DNA of 64,000 nt, taken from a virus (Duplodnaviria > Caudoviricetes). The stretch lies in IMG/VR virus record IMGVR_UViG_3300021400_000095; one strand, given 5' to 3'. Under the pieces are notes generated by a model. It was not told the origin of the DNA, did no database searches, and saw only the letters and a list, made by a program, of their open reading frames with translations. The position numbers and the translations under genes are program-made. This document shows positions 19,485 to 28,744 of the stretch, piece after piece (positions within the stretch are counted from its first letter, which is position 1; each line of letters starts with the position of its first letter).

Positions 19485-21518
19485 GTGAATACTAGTAATG
19501 AGATTGATGAGAAAAATAAAGCAATTGATGTTTTGAAAGAATATTCAGGTGAAAATCCATATCTTTTAGAATTAAAGAATGAAATTATATTAAAAAAACA
19601 TTTTGAAAAACTAAATGATTTTAATTGTGATTATATACTTAGAAATTACAATTTTCAACCAAAATTGATTAACAAAATTGTTAAGATTACTGATTGGTAT
19701 GGTGAAAAATTACAAAAAGATTTCCAATGTGAGTTTAAACCTGAAAAACTTCAAATAAAATATTTGCTTGGTGAAACTGAAAATACATACCATGTTTTGT
19801 TAAAATATAGGCAGAACATGGAATATATTTATATGTTTTTATCCAAAAAGGGGGTTATGACAAATTTTCTTATTAGTGATTACAACTTACTTGATGTTGA
19901 TTTTGATAGATATGATAGATTATCTGCAACATATAGACCTGATAAACCAAGAAAAATAAAAGAACATCAGAAGGCTGGAATAAAATTCCTATTATCAAGA
20001 AAAAAATGTATATTAGCAGATGACATGGGTTTAGCAAAAACAGCACAATTATCAATAGCATCTGTTGAAGGTAATTTTGATAATGTTTTAATAATTTGCC
20101 CAGCATCATTAAAAACTAATTGGTTTGATGAACTTTCATATTATGTACCAACAAGAGAAATTTCAATAATTGGTGGTGTTGGTGATATGAAAAAGAATGA
20201 ACTTGAAAAATATCTTGGATATGGTGTTGGAAAATCAGGAAAAAATATTCAGGAACTTCTACAAGAATCAAAAGAAAGAGGTAAATGGATTGATAATAGA
20301 TATGTTATTATTAATTATGATATTCTATCAGATGTTTATGAAATGCCAAAATCAAGAAAAAAGGCTGATATTATTGAAGCAAGGGAACATAGTCCAATTT
20401 TAAAGTTTATAGAAGGAAAAAAATCATTAATAATTATTGATGAAGCCCATAAACTCTCAAATATGAAATCCCAGCAATATAAAATAATATCTCAATTAAT
20501 TAATATTGGGAAACCTGATAGTGTATATCTTGCAACAGGAACACCAATTACTAATGACCCTGTAAATTATTTTAATATTCTTTCACTGATTGAAAATAAT
20601 ATAACTTCTGATTGGAAATATTATATGGAAAGGTATTGTGGTGCTAAATCATTTCCAAAAGATAATATTGAAAAGGAAAAAAGAGATAGAATTTCAAGGG
20701 AATTTATTTTTAATAAAGGGAAAAAAAATTGGTATGAACTAACAGATGAAGAAAAGAAAGAATTAAATAATTTAATAAATAAATCTGTTAAAATGAAAAC
20801 AATACCAATGGAGCCAACCCATTTGGATGAATTGATGGAAGTAACAAAACATATTTATTTAAGAAGAACAAAAGAAGATTTAGGTGGTCTTCCATCTAAA
20901 TATGTTTATGAAAAAATATATGATTTAACTGATGAACAAAAAGAAGAATATAATAAACTTTGGAGTGAATATGTTGAACAACAAAAAGAATTAGAACCTA
21001 ATAAAGAAATAAACAAGGAACTTCTTGAAGGTGCTATATATAGAAAATATCTTTCAAATCAAATGGTTCCTTACACAATTAATTTAGCTGAAAAATGTAT
21101 TAAAAGGGGTGAAAAGGTTATAATTGCTTGTTGTTATGATGAAGAACTTTATACTTTAAAAGATTATTTTGATGATAAATGTGTTGTTTATAATGGAAAA
21201 ATGAGTTTAAAACAAAAAGATGAAGCCAAAAATAAATTTATAAACAACCCTGAATGTATGGTATTTATTGGTAATATAGATAGTTGTGGTGTTGGTATTA
21301 ATCTGACTGTTAGTAGAGTTGTAATTTTTAATAATTTTTCATTTGTTCCCGGTATAAATAGACAAATGGAAGACAGGTGTTATAGACTTGGACAAACAAG
21401 GGACTGTCATATTTTTTATCAATTTTTTAGAGATACACAATATCAAAAAATGTGGGGCACAGTTCTGAAAAAAGAATTAAATATTAATCAAATTATTAAG
21501 AAAGAAAATGAAAAATAA
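19485..21518 (+). CDS. SNF2-family helicase
   Basis: LADDMGLAKT, IICPASLK.NW, DEAH, ATGTP, GVGINLT, QMEDRCYRLGQ; start moved to GTG 19485 just after a host-type promoter. Confidence 0.9.
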   Translation: MNTSNEIDEKNKAIDVLKEYSGENPYLLELKNEIILKKHFEKLNDFNCDYILRNYNFQPKLINKIVKITDWYGEKLQKDFQCEFKPEKLQIKYLLGETENTYHVLLKYRQNMEYIYMFLSKKGVMTNFLISDYNLLDVDFDRYDRLSATYRPDKPRKIKEHQKAGIKFLLSRKKCILADDMGLAKTAQLSIASVEGNFDNVLIICPASLKTNWFDELSYYVPTREISIIGGVGDMKKNELEKYLGYGVGKSGKNIQELLQESKERGKWIDNRYVIINYDILSDVYEMPKSRKKADIIEAREHSPILKFIEGKKSLIIIDEAHKLSNMKSQQYKIISQLINIGKPDSVYLATGTPITNDPVNYFNILSLIENNITSDWKYYMERYCGAKSFPKDNIEKEKRDRISREFIFNKGKKNWYELTDEEKKELNNLINKSVKMKTIPMEPTHLDELMEVTKHIYLRRTKEDLGGLPSKYVYEKIYDLTDEQKEEYNKLWSEYVEQQKELEPNKEINKELLEGAIYRKYLSNQMVPYTINLAEKCIKRGEKVIIACCYDEELYTLKDYFDDKCVVYNGKMSLKQKDEAKNKFINNPECMVFIGNIDSCGVGINLTVSRVVIFNNFSFVPGINRQMEDRCYRLGQTRDCHIFYQFFRDTQYQKMWGTVLKKELNINQIIKKENEK

Positions 21519-21783
21519 TAAAGTACTACAATGGATTTTAATCAAATTCTTTACAATTAAAGGATGGTTTAAGTCTAAAAAATTGAAAAAAAATTCTACT
21601 TATTATGGTGGAGTAAACAAGACATATGGTGTTTATATGGGTAACAATACTTTTTATGAACAATTATCTTGTACTGACAATATGTATGGTGTTACATATT
21701 TTTCAACAAAACAAGTAAAATATAATTATTTACAACTTGGATTATTTAAATGGAAATTAACAAATATTAATATTGAAAAATGA
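21508..21783 (+). CDS. Hypothetical protein
   Basis: ORF overlapping neighbours in a tightly packed operon. Confidence 0.5.
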   Translation: MKNNKVLQWILIKFFTIKGWFKSKKLKKNSTYYGGVNKTYGVYMGNNTFYEQLSCTDNMYGVTYFSTKQVKYNYLQLGLFKWKLTNINIEK

Positions 21784-21980
21784 TGTTTAAAAAGTTAAGA
21801 AATTGGTGGTTAAAAAGACAAGTTAAAAGAAAGGCAAAATGTGTTGATGAATTTGTTTTAAATTATCTTGAACACATGGATGATTCAAATGCATTAAATG
21901 AATATAAAGAGATGTATGATAAAATATCCAATGAAATTTTTAAAATAATGGAAATACCAAAAGATAGACTTAATATATAA
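21780..21980 (+). CDS. Hypothetical protein
   Basis: Start overlaps upstream stop; operon context. Confidence 0.5.
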   Translation: MMFKKLRNWWLKRQVKRKAKCVDEFVLNYLEHMDDSNALNEYKEMYDKISNEIFKIMEIPKDRLNI

Positions 21981-21981
21981 C

Positions 21982-22746
21982 ATGGAAGAATATCTAGCAT
22001 TTATTGATGAAGTTGGTAGAACAGTTGATGGAAATTATTTGTATAGATTTGATTTTACAAATGAGCCTGACACTGTGTGGGGTGAATATTTCAATGTTGC
22101 ACCATCCATAATTATACCAAATTTACAACCTGATGAAAATTGTATCAATAAATCAGGAAGGGTTGAAATGGAGCAACATTTGAATTTGGCTAAAAAGAAT
22201 GGATGTTTTTCAATGCAGGATTGTTTTGACCATATAATTTCACTTGGGTTTACTGATATTGATGACAACAATGAACTTATTTTTAATTTTGCTGATACAT
22301 ATGAAGATGTTGTTGAAAAACTTAGAAAAAATAACATTGAATTAACAAACATTGAAATAAAAGAAAAAAAAGGTGAAAAAATTTTAGATGATTTAATTGA
22401 CAAAATTGAAGACATTGAAAAAACAACAGTAAATGACAAATTTGATTTTTACAAAGATTTATATAAAGAAATATTAACTATTGAAATTGGTCAAGAAATA
22501 TCATTTAATGATATTAATCAAATTCTATTTGATAATGGTTATGAAAAAGTTGACTTTATATACAAAAAGAAACAATATACAATAAGAGGACATATTGTAG
22601 ATATATTCTCAATTTCATATGATTATAAATATCCTGTAAGAATTTCATTTTTTGGTAATACTGTAGAGAGTATGTATACATATGATGTTAATACACAAGA
22701 TAAAATTGAAGATTTAGAAAAAATAACAATTTATAATAATATTTAG
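21982..22746 (+). CDS. Phage protein fused to a UvrB/Mfd UvrA-interaction domain
   Basis: N-terminal domain paralogous to 23328; C-terminal GYEKVDF..QYTIRGHIVDIFS..PVRISFFGNTVESMYTYDVNTQ matches the UvrB domain 2 / Mfd D2 pattern. Confidence 0.7.
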   Translation: MEEYLAFIDEVGRTVDGNYLYRFDFTNEPDTVWGEYFNVAPSIIIPNLQPDENCINKSGRVEMEQHLNLAKKNGCFSMQDCFDHIISLGFTDIDDNNELIFNFADTYEDVVEKLRKNNIELTNIEIKEKKGEKILDDLIDKIEDIEKTTVNDKFDFYKDLYKEILTIEIGQEISFNDINQILFDNGYEKVDFIYKKKQYTIRGHIVDIFSISYDYKYPVRISFFGNTVESMYTYDVNTQDKIEDLEKITIYNNI

Positions 22747-22751
22747 AAAAT

Positions 22752-23324
22752 ATGTTAGATGAAGAAAAATTAATATCAGAAATAAAAATGATATCTAATG
22801 ACCTATTGTTTTTATCTTTTAATGAAATAAAAAATAGATTAGACAGAATAGTTAGAAAGTATGAAGATTCTAAAATGATTTTAAAAATTTTAAAAAATGT
22901 AAAAGAGAATCCTATTAATGATGAAAAAAAGATATTTAATGAATATTTAATACTTTTAAGACCTGATTTAACTTGTTCTTTAAATTTTGAAAATAATAAA
23001 ATTAAATATACTTTTAACAATTATTTTATTGATGATGAAGATGTAGAAAAAACTATTAGGAAAAAAATGTCAGAAAGTGACACTTTTAAAGAATTAAAAG
23101 AATATTTTGAAAAACCTGAAACCTTTGAAGATTTCCAAAATTTCTTAGTAGATTTAGATGAAAATAAACACACTGTGTTATTAAAAAATCTTGAAACTTA
23201 TCATGATTTCTTCAAGCCATTTTATAATTCTGTTAATATTGATGGTCAATATGAATATGTAACAAGTGACATATCAAAAAAAATAAATAATGATACTTAT
23301 ATAAATTGGGAAGAAAAAAATTAA
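22752..23324 (+). CDS. Hypothetical protein
   Basis: 190 aa ORF in operon. Confidence 0.55.
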   Translation: MLDEEKLISEIKMISNDLLFLSFNEIKNRLDRIVRKYEDSKMILKILKNVKENPINDEKKIFNEYLILLRPDLTCSLNFENNKIKYTFNNYFIDDEDVEKTIRKKMSESDTFKELKEYFEKPETFEDFQNFLVDLDENKHTVLLKNLETYHDFFKPFYNSVNIDGQYEYVTSDISKKINNDTYINWEEKN

Positions 23325-23327
23325 AAA

Positions 23328-23714
23328 ATGTCAGATTTATTTCTTGTATATGTAAAACCACTATGTAAAAACATTAATGGCACTTTTGAATATCAATTGT
23401 TTTTTAGTGAAACACCTGAAGTTGTGTGGGGTGTTGATTGGAATGTTGAAGTACCAAACTCAATTAAGGATTTAACACCTGAAAAATCAACATATTCAAA
23501 AATTGTTAATATAAAAAGTATTTTCCCATTTAAAACAATTGAAGAAACCTCCTGCTATTCCATGGAATATGCAATTAATGGTATAATTGCATTATCTTGG
23601 GTTGATATTGAGAATCTTGAAGATTATCCACCAAGTAGGGCTGTACTTCATTTTAATGATTCTTATGATAAAGTCAAAAACATTTTAAGTAATATTTTTA
23701 TTGAAATGAATTGA
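23328..23714 (+). CDS. Hypothetical protein, paralog of the 21982 N-terminal domain
   Basis: Shared G...Y...F...P..VWG...NV and SM.....II.L motifs. Confidence 0.65.
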   Translation: MSDLFLVYVKPLCKNINGTFEYQLFFSETPEVVWGVDWNVEVPNSIKDLTPEKSTYSKIVNIKSIFPFKTIEETSCYSMEYAINGIIALSWVDIENLEDYPPSRAVLHFNDSYDKVKNILSNIFIEMN

Positions 23715-23718
23715 TATA

Positions 23719-23750
23719 TTTGTTTTTGAATAAAAGATTTTGTATTTTTG
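23719..23750 (+). promoter_or_regulatory. Bacteroidota-type sigma promoter
   Basis: TTTG-N20-TATTTTTG. Confidence 0.7.
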
Positions 23751-23779
23751 CAAAAAAATAATTAAAAAAATTTGAAATT

Positions 23780-24931
23780 ATGAGTAATTTAAAACCTTCT
23801 GTTGGCAATGTAATAATTGATGAAACAGGAAGAGAATTTAGTAGTGTAAGGCAACTTGCTAAACATTTAAACATTAATAAAGATTGCATTCTTAGAAGAC
23901 TTAAAAGAGATGAACCATTTAAATATGGTGGGCATACTTATGGTTTGAAAAATGTAAATTACATTGGATATGAAAATAAAGAAAACAATATTCAAAATCC
24001 TGATATTCAGCAAGAAATAGTTTATTCTGAAGAATATCAACAATTTCTTGAATCTAAAAATGTTGCAGAATTACCATTTGAAAAATATACATTTGATGTA
24101 GATACTGCTGAAAATGGAAAGAAATATGCAATTGCACTTTTCTCTGATGCACACATTGAAGAAACTGTTGACCCAAGAACTGTTTTAGGTCTTAATGAAT
24201 ATAGTATTGATATTGCTGAAAAGAGAATCCAATGCTATTTTAAGAATCTTGTTAAAGCATTAAATGAAGATGAAGTACAAAATCTTATTTTTGCAAGTTT
24301 GGGTGATACCATAAGTTCTTATATACATGAGGAATTAGTTGAGAATAATTCATTAAGTCCACTTGAAGCAACTTTTAAAGCACAAAGTCTTATTTTTAGT
24401 GGTCTTGAATATATTGTTGAAAATAGTACTGTAGAGCATATTAAGTTTATTGGTATTGTTGGTAATCATAGTAGAACTACTAAGAAAATTCAACATAGCA
24501 ATGGCCATGTAATGTCATATGAATGGTTAATGTACAAGAATATTGAAAGGCAAATTCAATTGACAGGTCTTCCCATTGAAGTTGAAATCCCTAACAGTGA
24601 GATGTCTATTCTTGAAACAAGTGATGGTAAGAGATATATGTTTATGCATGGTTTCCAAATTAAGTCAACAGGTAATGCAACTGTTTCTGGTATTTATCCT
24701 GCTTTAAATAGATTAAGTCTTAAATTAGATAGAAATTTCCATCAGGATAAGATTTATATTGGACATTTCCATACATGTGTTTCAATTCCAAATGCAACTG
24801 TTAATGGTTCTATTATTGGATTTAATGCATTTGCACTTTCAAATGGTTTCTCATATGAAGAACCAGCACAAATGTATGAACTGTTCTCAAATGGTAGTTT
24901 AATTCTAACAAGAAAAATTTATTGTAAGTAA
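23780..24931 (+). CDS. Calcineurin-like metallophosphoesterase with N-terminal NUMOD/HTH-like segment
   Basis: SDAH, LGD, GNH, MHG, GHFH motifs; [19 protein letters not shown]-terminus. Confidence 0.8.
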   Translation: MSNLKPSVGNVIIDETGREFSSVRQLAKHLNINKDCILRRLKRDEPFKYGGHTYGLKNVNYIGYENKENNIQNPDIQQEIVYSEEYQQFLESKNVAELPFEKYTFDVDTAENGKKYAIALFSDAHIEETVDPRTVLGLNEYSIDIAEKRIQCYFKNLVKALNEDEVQNLIFASLGDTISSYIHEELVENNSLSPLEATFKAQSLIFSGLEYIVENSTVEHIKFIGIVGNHSRTTKKIQHSNGHVMSYEWLMYKNIERQIQLTGLPIEVEIPNSEMSILETSDGKRYMFMHGFQIKSTGNATVSGIYPALNRLSLKLDRNFHQDKIYIGHFHTCVSIPNATVNGSIIGFNAFALSNGFSYEEPAQMYELFSNGSLILTRKIYCK

Positions 24932-24932
24932 T

Positions 24933-25865
24933 ATGAAGGGAATTATATTAGCTGGAGGTGCAGGAACAAGACTTCACCCAATTACAAAAGGAATCAGCAA
25001 GCAGCTACTTCCAATTTATGATAAACCTATGATTTATTACCCTCTGTCAATCCTTATGCTTGCTGATATAAAAGATATTCTTATCATTACAACACCTGAA
25101 GAACAATCAATGTTCAAGAGATTGCTTGGTAATGGTTCAGATTTTGGCATTAATCTCCAATATGCTGTTCAGGAAAAACCAAATGGTTTGGCTGAAGCAT
25201 TTATTATTGGTGAAGAATTCATTGGTGATGATGCTGTTTGTTTAATATTGGGTGATAATATTTTCCATGGTTCAAATATAAGTGTAAAGTTGAATTTGGC
25301 AAGAACCATTGTTGAAGATACTAAAAATGCAAGAGCAGTTGTCTTTGGTTATCAAGTATCTGACCCTGAAAGATATGGTGTTGCTGAAGTGACTAAGACT
25401 GATGTTGAATTTCCAAACAATTTATATTGTGTAAAATCACTTGAAGAAAAACCAAAGAATCCAAAATCAAATATTGCAGTAACAGGATTATACTTCTATC
25501 CAAATTCTGTTGTTAATGTAGCAAAAAATATTAAACCATCAGCAAGAGGTGAACTTGAAATTACTGAAGTAAATAATGTATATAATAATATGATTGCAAA
25601 TGATGGTGGAACAATGCTTGACCTTATTATGTTTGATAGGGGTTATGCTTGGCTTGACACTGGAACTTTTGATAGTCTATCAGATGCATCAAATTACATT
25701 GAAACAATTCAGAAAAGACAAGGTTTAAAAGTTGCTTGTTTGGAAGAAATTGCATATAATAAAGGATGGATTAGTAAACAACAACTTTTGGAAGCAGGTG
25801 AAAAATTAAAGAAAAATGATTATGGAAAATATCTATTGAATCTTATAAATAAAGCCATAGACTAA
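24933..25865 (+). CDS. rmlA: Glucose-1-phosphate thymidylyltransferase
   Basis: [62 protein letters not shown]. Confidence 0.96.
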   Translation: MKGIILAGGAGTRLHPITKGISKQLLPIYDKPMIYYPLSILMLADIKDILIITTPEEQSMFKRLLGNGSDFGINLQYAVQEKPNGLAEAFIIGEEFIGDDAVCLILGDNIFHGSNISVKLNLARTIVEDTKNARAVVFGYQVSDPERYGVAEVTKTDVEFPNNLYCVKSLEEKPKNPKSNIAVTGLYFYPNSVVNVAKNIKPSARGELEITEVNNVYNNMIANDGGTMLDLIMFDRGYAWLDTGTFDSLSDASNYIETIQKRQGLKVACLEEIAYNKGWISKQQLLEAGEKLKKNDYGKYLLNLINKAID

Positions 25866-25878
25866 TCTATGGCTTTTT
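25851..25878. terminator. Bidirectional terminator
   Basis: AAAGCCATAGA-CTAA-TCTATGGCTTT between convergent genes. Confidence 0.8.
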
Positions 25879-25884
25879 AGTTTA

Positions 25885-26733
25885 CTAATACATTGCACTA
25901 TACAATAGCATACAGGCATCTTGTTTATAGAGTACCATTGGGTCACTTTGCCTTCTTGGTGCATTATTTGGCCTATATTTATTATCAAAATAATCAAATT
26001 TTAGTTTTTGTGCATCATTATTAGAAAATAAATAATGCATGCCATCATGTGATTGATATTTCATTTCAGGTTTTATACCATTTTTTTCAAGATAATCTTC
26101 AAGTTCCTTTTGTGCTTTTTCATCATCAATATCACAATCAATTAATCCCCAAGGTCTAACCTTTGTCCATTTAACATTTACATCATCTGCTGTCATTTGT
26201 CTACCTGCTGCAAATTGAAATTCTCTATTCTTTTCCATCCCTCTTTGTTTTAATGAATTAGCATATGCATTGGTTTGATTCATGGACCTTTTATTAATTG
26301 TCATATAACATCTTGCATTAAATCTGTTACATAAGAATATAACAGCAGAAATATCTCTTGGTGAATCAATTGTTTTTACAATTCTGCCTTTATTTGAAAC
26401 AGCATTTTGGAAAGATGGGTTAACATTCATTTGGATATGTTTCAATGATTCAATTGCTTCTTCTTTGGTATTACCTGATACAATTCCATAAGCAACAAAA
26501 TTTACACTAAAATTTCTACTACCATCACCTGAATGGTTCTTATGAAAACTATTAAGATTGTCCTTCTTTCTCTGAGATATATAAACATACCAAAAATCAT
26601 CAGGTGAAGTCCACTGTCTATTAATAAGTTCAATGGCTGTATCCAACTGATATACTTCATTTACATGTCCTTCAAGTATTTTACTAATACTTTCAGAAAT
26701 TATATTTTTTAAATGTTCTTGACTTAACAACAT
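25885..26733 (-). CDS. Leader-bearing protein with AEP (primase-polymerase)-like motifs
   Basis: MLLSQEHLKNIISESISKIL leader; LIDCD and QSHDGMH resemble AEP DxD and SxxGxH. Confidence 0.45.
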   Translation of the reverse strand: MLLSQEHLKNIISESISKILEGHVNEVYQLDTAIELINRQWTSPDDFWYVYISQRKKDNLNSFHKNHSGDGSRNFSVNFVAYGIVSGNTKEEAIESLKHIQMNVNPSFQNAVSNKGRIVKTIDSPRDISAVIFLCNRFNARCYMTINKRSMNQTNAYANSLKQRGMEKNREFQFAAGRQMTADDVNVKWTKVRPWGLIDCDIDDEKAQKELEDYLEKNGIKPEMKYQSHDGMHYLFSNNDAQKLKFDYFDNKYRPNNAPRRQSDPMVLYKQDACMLLYSAMY

Positions 26734-26738
26734 ATTCT
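26675..26738. repeat. 64 bp direct repeat copy 1 (leader-coding segment plus start context)
   Basis: Identical to 27612-27675 except one base. Confidence 0.95.
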
Positions 26739-26768
26739 TTGTTATATTTATTAATAAATAGTTATAAA

Positions 26769-26927
26769 ATGGGAAGAAAAAAACAAAAGTTTCAAATTGA
26801 TGAAAATGGTAAGTATTATAAAATTGTTAATGGTGAAAAAAAATACTATGAACCATTAAAACTTGTTGATTTTTTTTATGATGATGTAAAAATAGATTCT
26901 TTTTCAGAAAAAAATAAGAATGAATAA
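26769..26927 (+). CDS. Small hypothetical protein, convergent with 26876..27670
   Basis: 52 aa with phage-like codon use, preceded by TATTTATTA. Confidence 0.35.
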   Translation: MGRKKQKFQIDENGKYYKIVNGEKKYYEPLKLVDFFYDDVKIDSFSEKNKNE

Positions 26928-27670
26928 TTTATTAATATGAAATAAACTTTTCTTTTTTTTTCTTTCATATATAAATAATATATGTTCCCAATTTTAGCAT
27001 TGTATTTTTTATATTTCTTTTTATAATAATCTAATGTTAATCCACTTTCTGTTTTTAATATTTTTTTATTTTCCTCATTAGATTCAAAAAATTCTAATAA
27101 TTTTGCAATTTGTTTTAATTTGGTTATATTTTCATAATGTGTTAAATCTTTAATGTTTTTCTCTTTGGTTAAAAAGTAACCAAACTGTGAACATCTTGCA
27201 TTACATTCAGTATCTCTTAAATAATATAACAATTTCCTTAATAAAATATAAACCATATCAGTGGAAGATGAAATTAATATATTTTTTATTCCACCTTCAT
27301 TGTCATTAATAAAATGTGTTAATTCATGTATTATAAAAGAAATTGTTGTATTTTTATCATAATTATAAAAATAATTGTAGTTTACAATAATATGTTTGTC
27401 TTTATATTCCATATTACCATCAGTTAAATTATCACCAACAACAATAAATAAATCAGATGAATTATTATATGGATAATATTTTAAGATTGTTTTATTTGAT
27501 ATTTTGTAACTAAAATTGTAAACCTCTTTTTTTATTTTTATATCAATTAAATTGTAAATATATTCTGCTAATGGAAAAAGTTTTTCATTCAATATATGCA
27601 TTTTTTCTAATAGTATTTTACTAATACTTTCAGAAATTATATTTTTTAAATGTTCTTGACTTAATAACAT
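26876..27670 (-). CDS. Leader-bearing zincin metallopeptidase-like protein
   Basis: IIHELTHF, LLYYLRDTECNAR; same leader as 25885. Confidence 0.65.
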   Translation of the reverse strand: MLLSQEHLKNIISESISKILLEKMHILNEKLFPLAEYIYNLIDIKIKKEVYNFSYKISNKTILKYYPYNNSSDLFIVVGDNLTDGNMEYKDKHIIVNYNYFYNYDKNTTISFIIHELTHFINDNEGGIKNILISSSTDMVYILLRKLLYYLRDTECNARCSQFGYFLTKEKNIKDLTHYENITKLKQIAKLLEFFESNEENKKILKTESGLTLDYYKKKYKKYNAKIGNIYYLYMKEKKRKVYFILINYSFLFFSEKESIFTSS

Positions 27671-27675
27671 ATTCT
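27612..27675. repeat. 64 bp direct repeat copy 2
   Basis: See 26675-26738. Confidence 0.95.
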
Positions 27676-28744
27676 ATTCACCAATTAGTTCAGGAATATC
27701 ATTAATTGTACAATCTTGTGGGCAACCATCAGAATCATATACCATATATTGCCCATCTTCATATACAATCATTAAATAATATTCACCATATTTTACATTT
27801 ACAAATAAATTACCTGCTGCATCTTTTTGCCAATTTTCACCATCATCAAACCATACATTTGAAATAGGTGTATTTGAATTTGATGGAACATAATTCATTT
27901 TACCTTGTTTATTCCAAACAATAACATAGCCATTAATTGCTTTATCTGAAACATCTTTGAAGTCCCTATTTCCACCAAATTGGAAATGAGTATCAACCTC
28001 ATTGTTAATCCTATCAATTAATTCTTGATTAAGCCTTGTTTGCCAAGTTTTTCCATTGTCATTTGAAATTGCAACAGGAACAACTGATGAGAAATCTCTA
28101 ATAAAACAACATGCACCATCATGACCACCATTATAAACAATTCCTCTACATCTTGTTTTGTTCATACCTGATTCACCAAGTAATCTAATAATTTCATGTG
28201 CAGGAATTGATGATTTTCTCATGTTACCAAAACTTGCCCTATCATCATGCATTACAAGATTAACTGAAGATAAAATTTTTTTTGCAATATCATCTGGAAA
28301 AATATCAACAACCTGTTGTTTAATATGCCATCTATTACCATATGTTTGTTTTGCAAGTTGCTCAGAAAATATAAGGAAATCCTGATATCCACCAAGTAAC
28401 TTAAGTTTTATAATAGATGTACCATATCCAGTTGCTTTTTCATTACTTGATTTTAAATTATATACAGAATATACACCTGCACCATACATGTTTCCACCAT
28501 TTGAATTAGTAAATTCCCTACTAAAACCATATGTGAATAATGAATCTATAACAGACATCTTTTTACCACCAACAGTCACAATAGCATCTTTTGGCCTATG
28601 GTAAAGTGTAATACCATTCATTATATCTTTGTATGTAATACCATTTTCTCTGACATTAAATTTTTCATTAATATCAGAGAAATCCATATTACTAAATGTT
28701 TCTTTTACAATGTTTTTAACATCTGTTTCTGTTAATATCATCAT
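27674..28744 (-). CDS. Leader-bearing PARP/ADP-ribosyltransferase-like protein
   Basis: TLYH...GF....GNMYGAGVYS....S...A.GY resembles the H-Y ART/PARP fold; start reset to MMILTETDVKNIVKE. Confidence 0.55.
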   Translation of the reverse strand: MMILTETDVKNIVKETFSNMDFSDINEKFNVRENGITYKDIMNGITLYHRPKDAIVTVGGKKMSVIDSLFTYGFSREFTNSNGGNMYGAGVYSVYNLKSSNEKATGYGTSIIKLKLLGGYQDFLIFSEQLAKQTYGNRWHIKQQVVDIFPDDIAKKILSSVNLVMHDDRASFGNMRKSSIPAHEIIRLLGESGMNKTRCRGIVYNGGHDGACCFIRDFSSVVPVAISNDNGKTWQTRLNQELIDRINNEVDTHFQFGGNRDFKDVSDKAINGYVIVWNKQGKMNYVPSNSNTPISNVWFDDGENWQKDAAGNLFVNVKYGEYYLMIVYEDGQYMVYDSDGCPQDCTINDIPELIGE

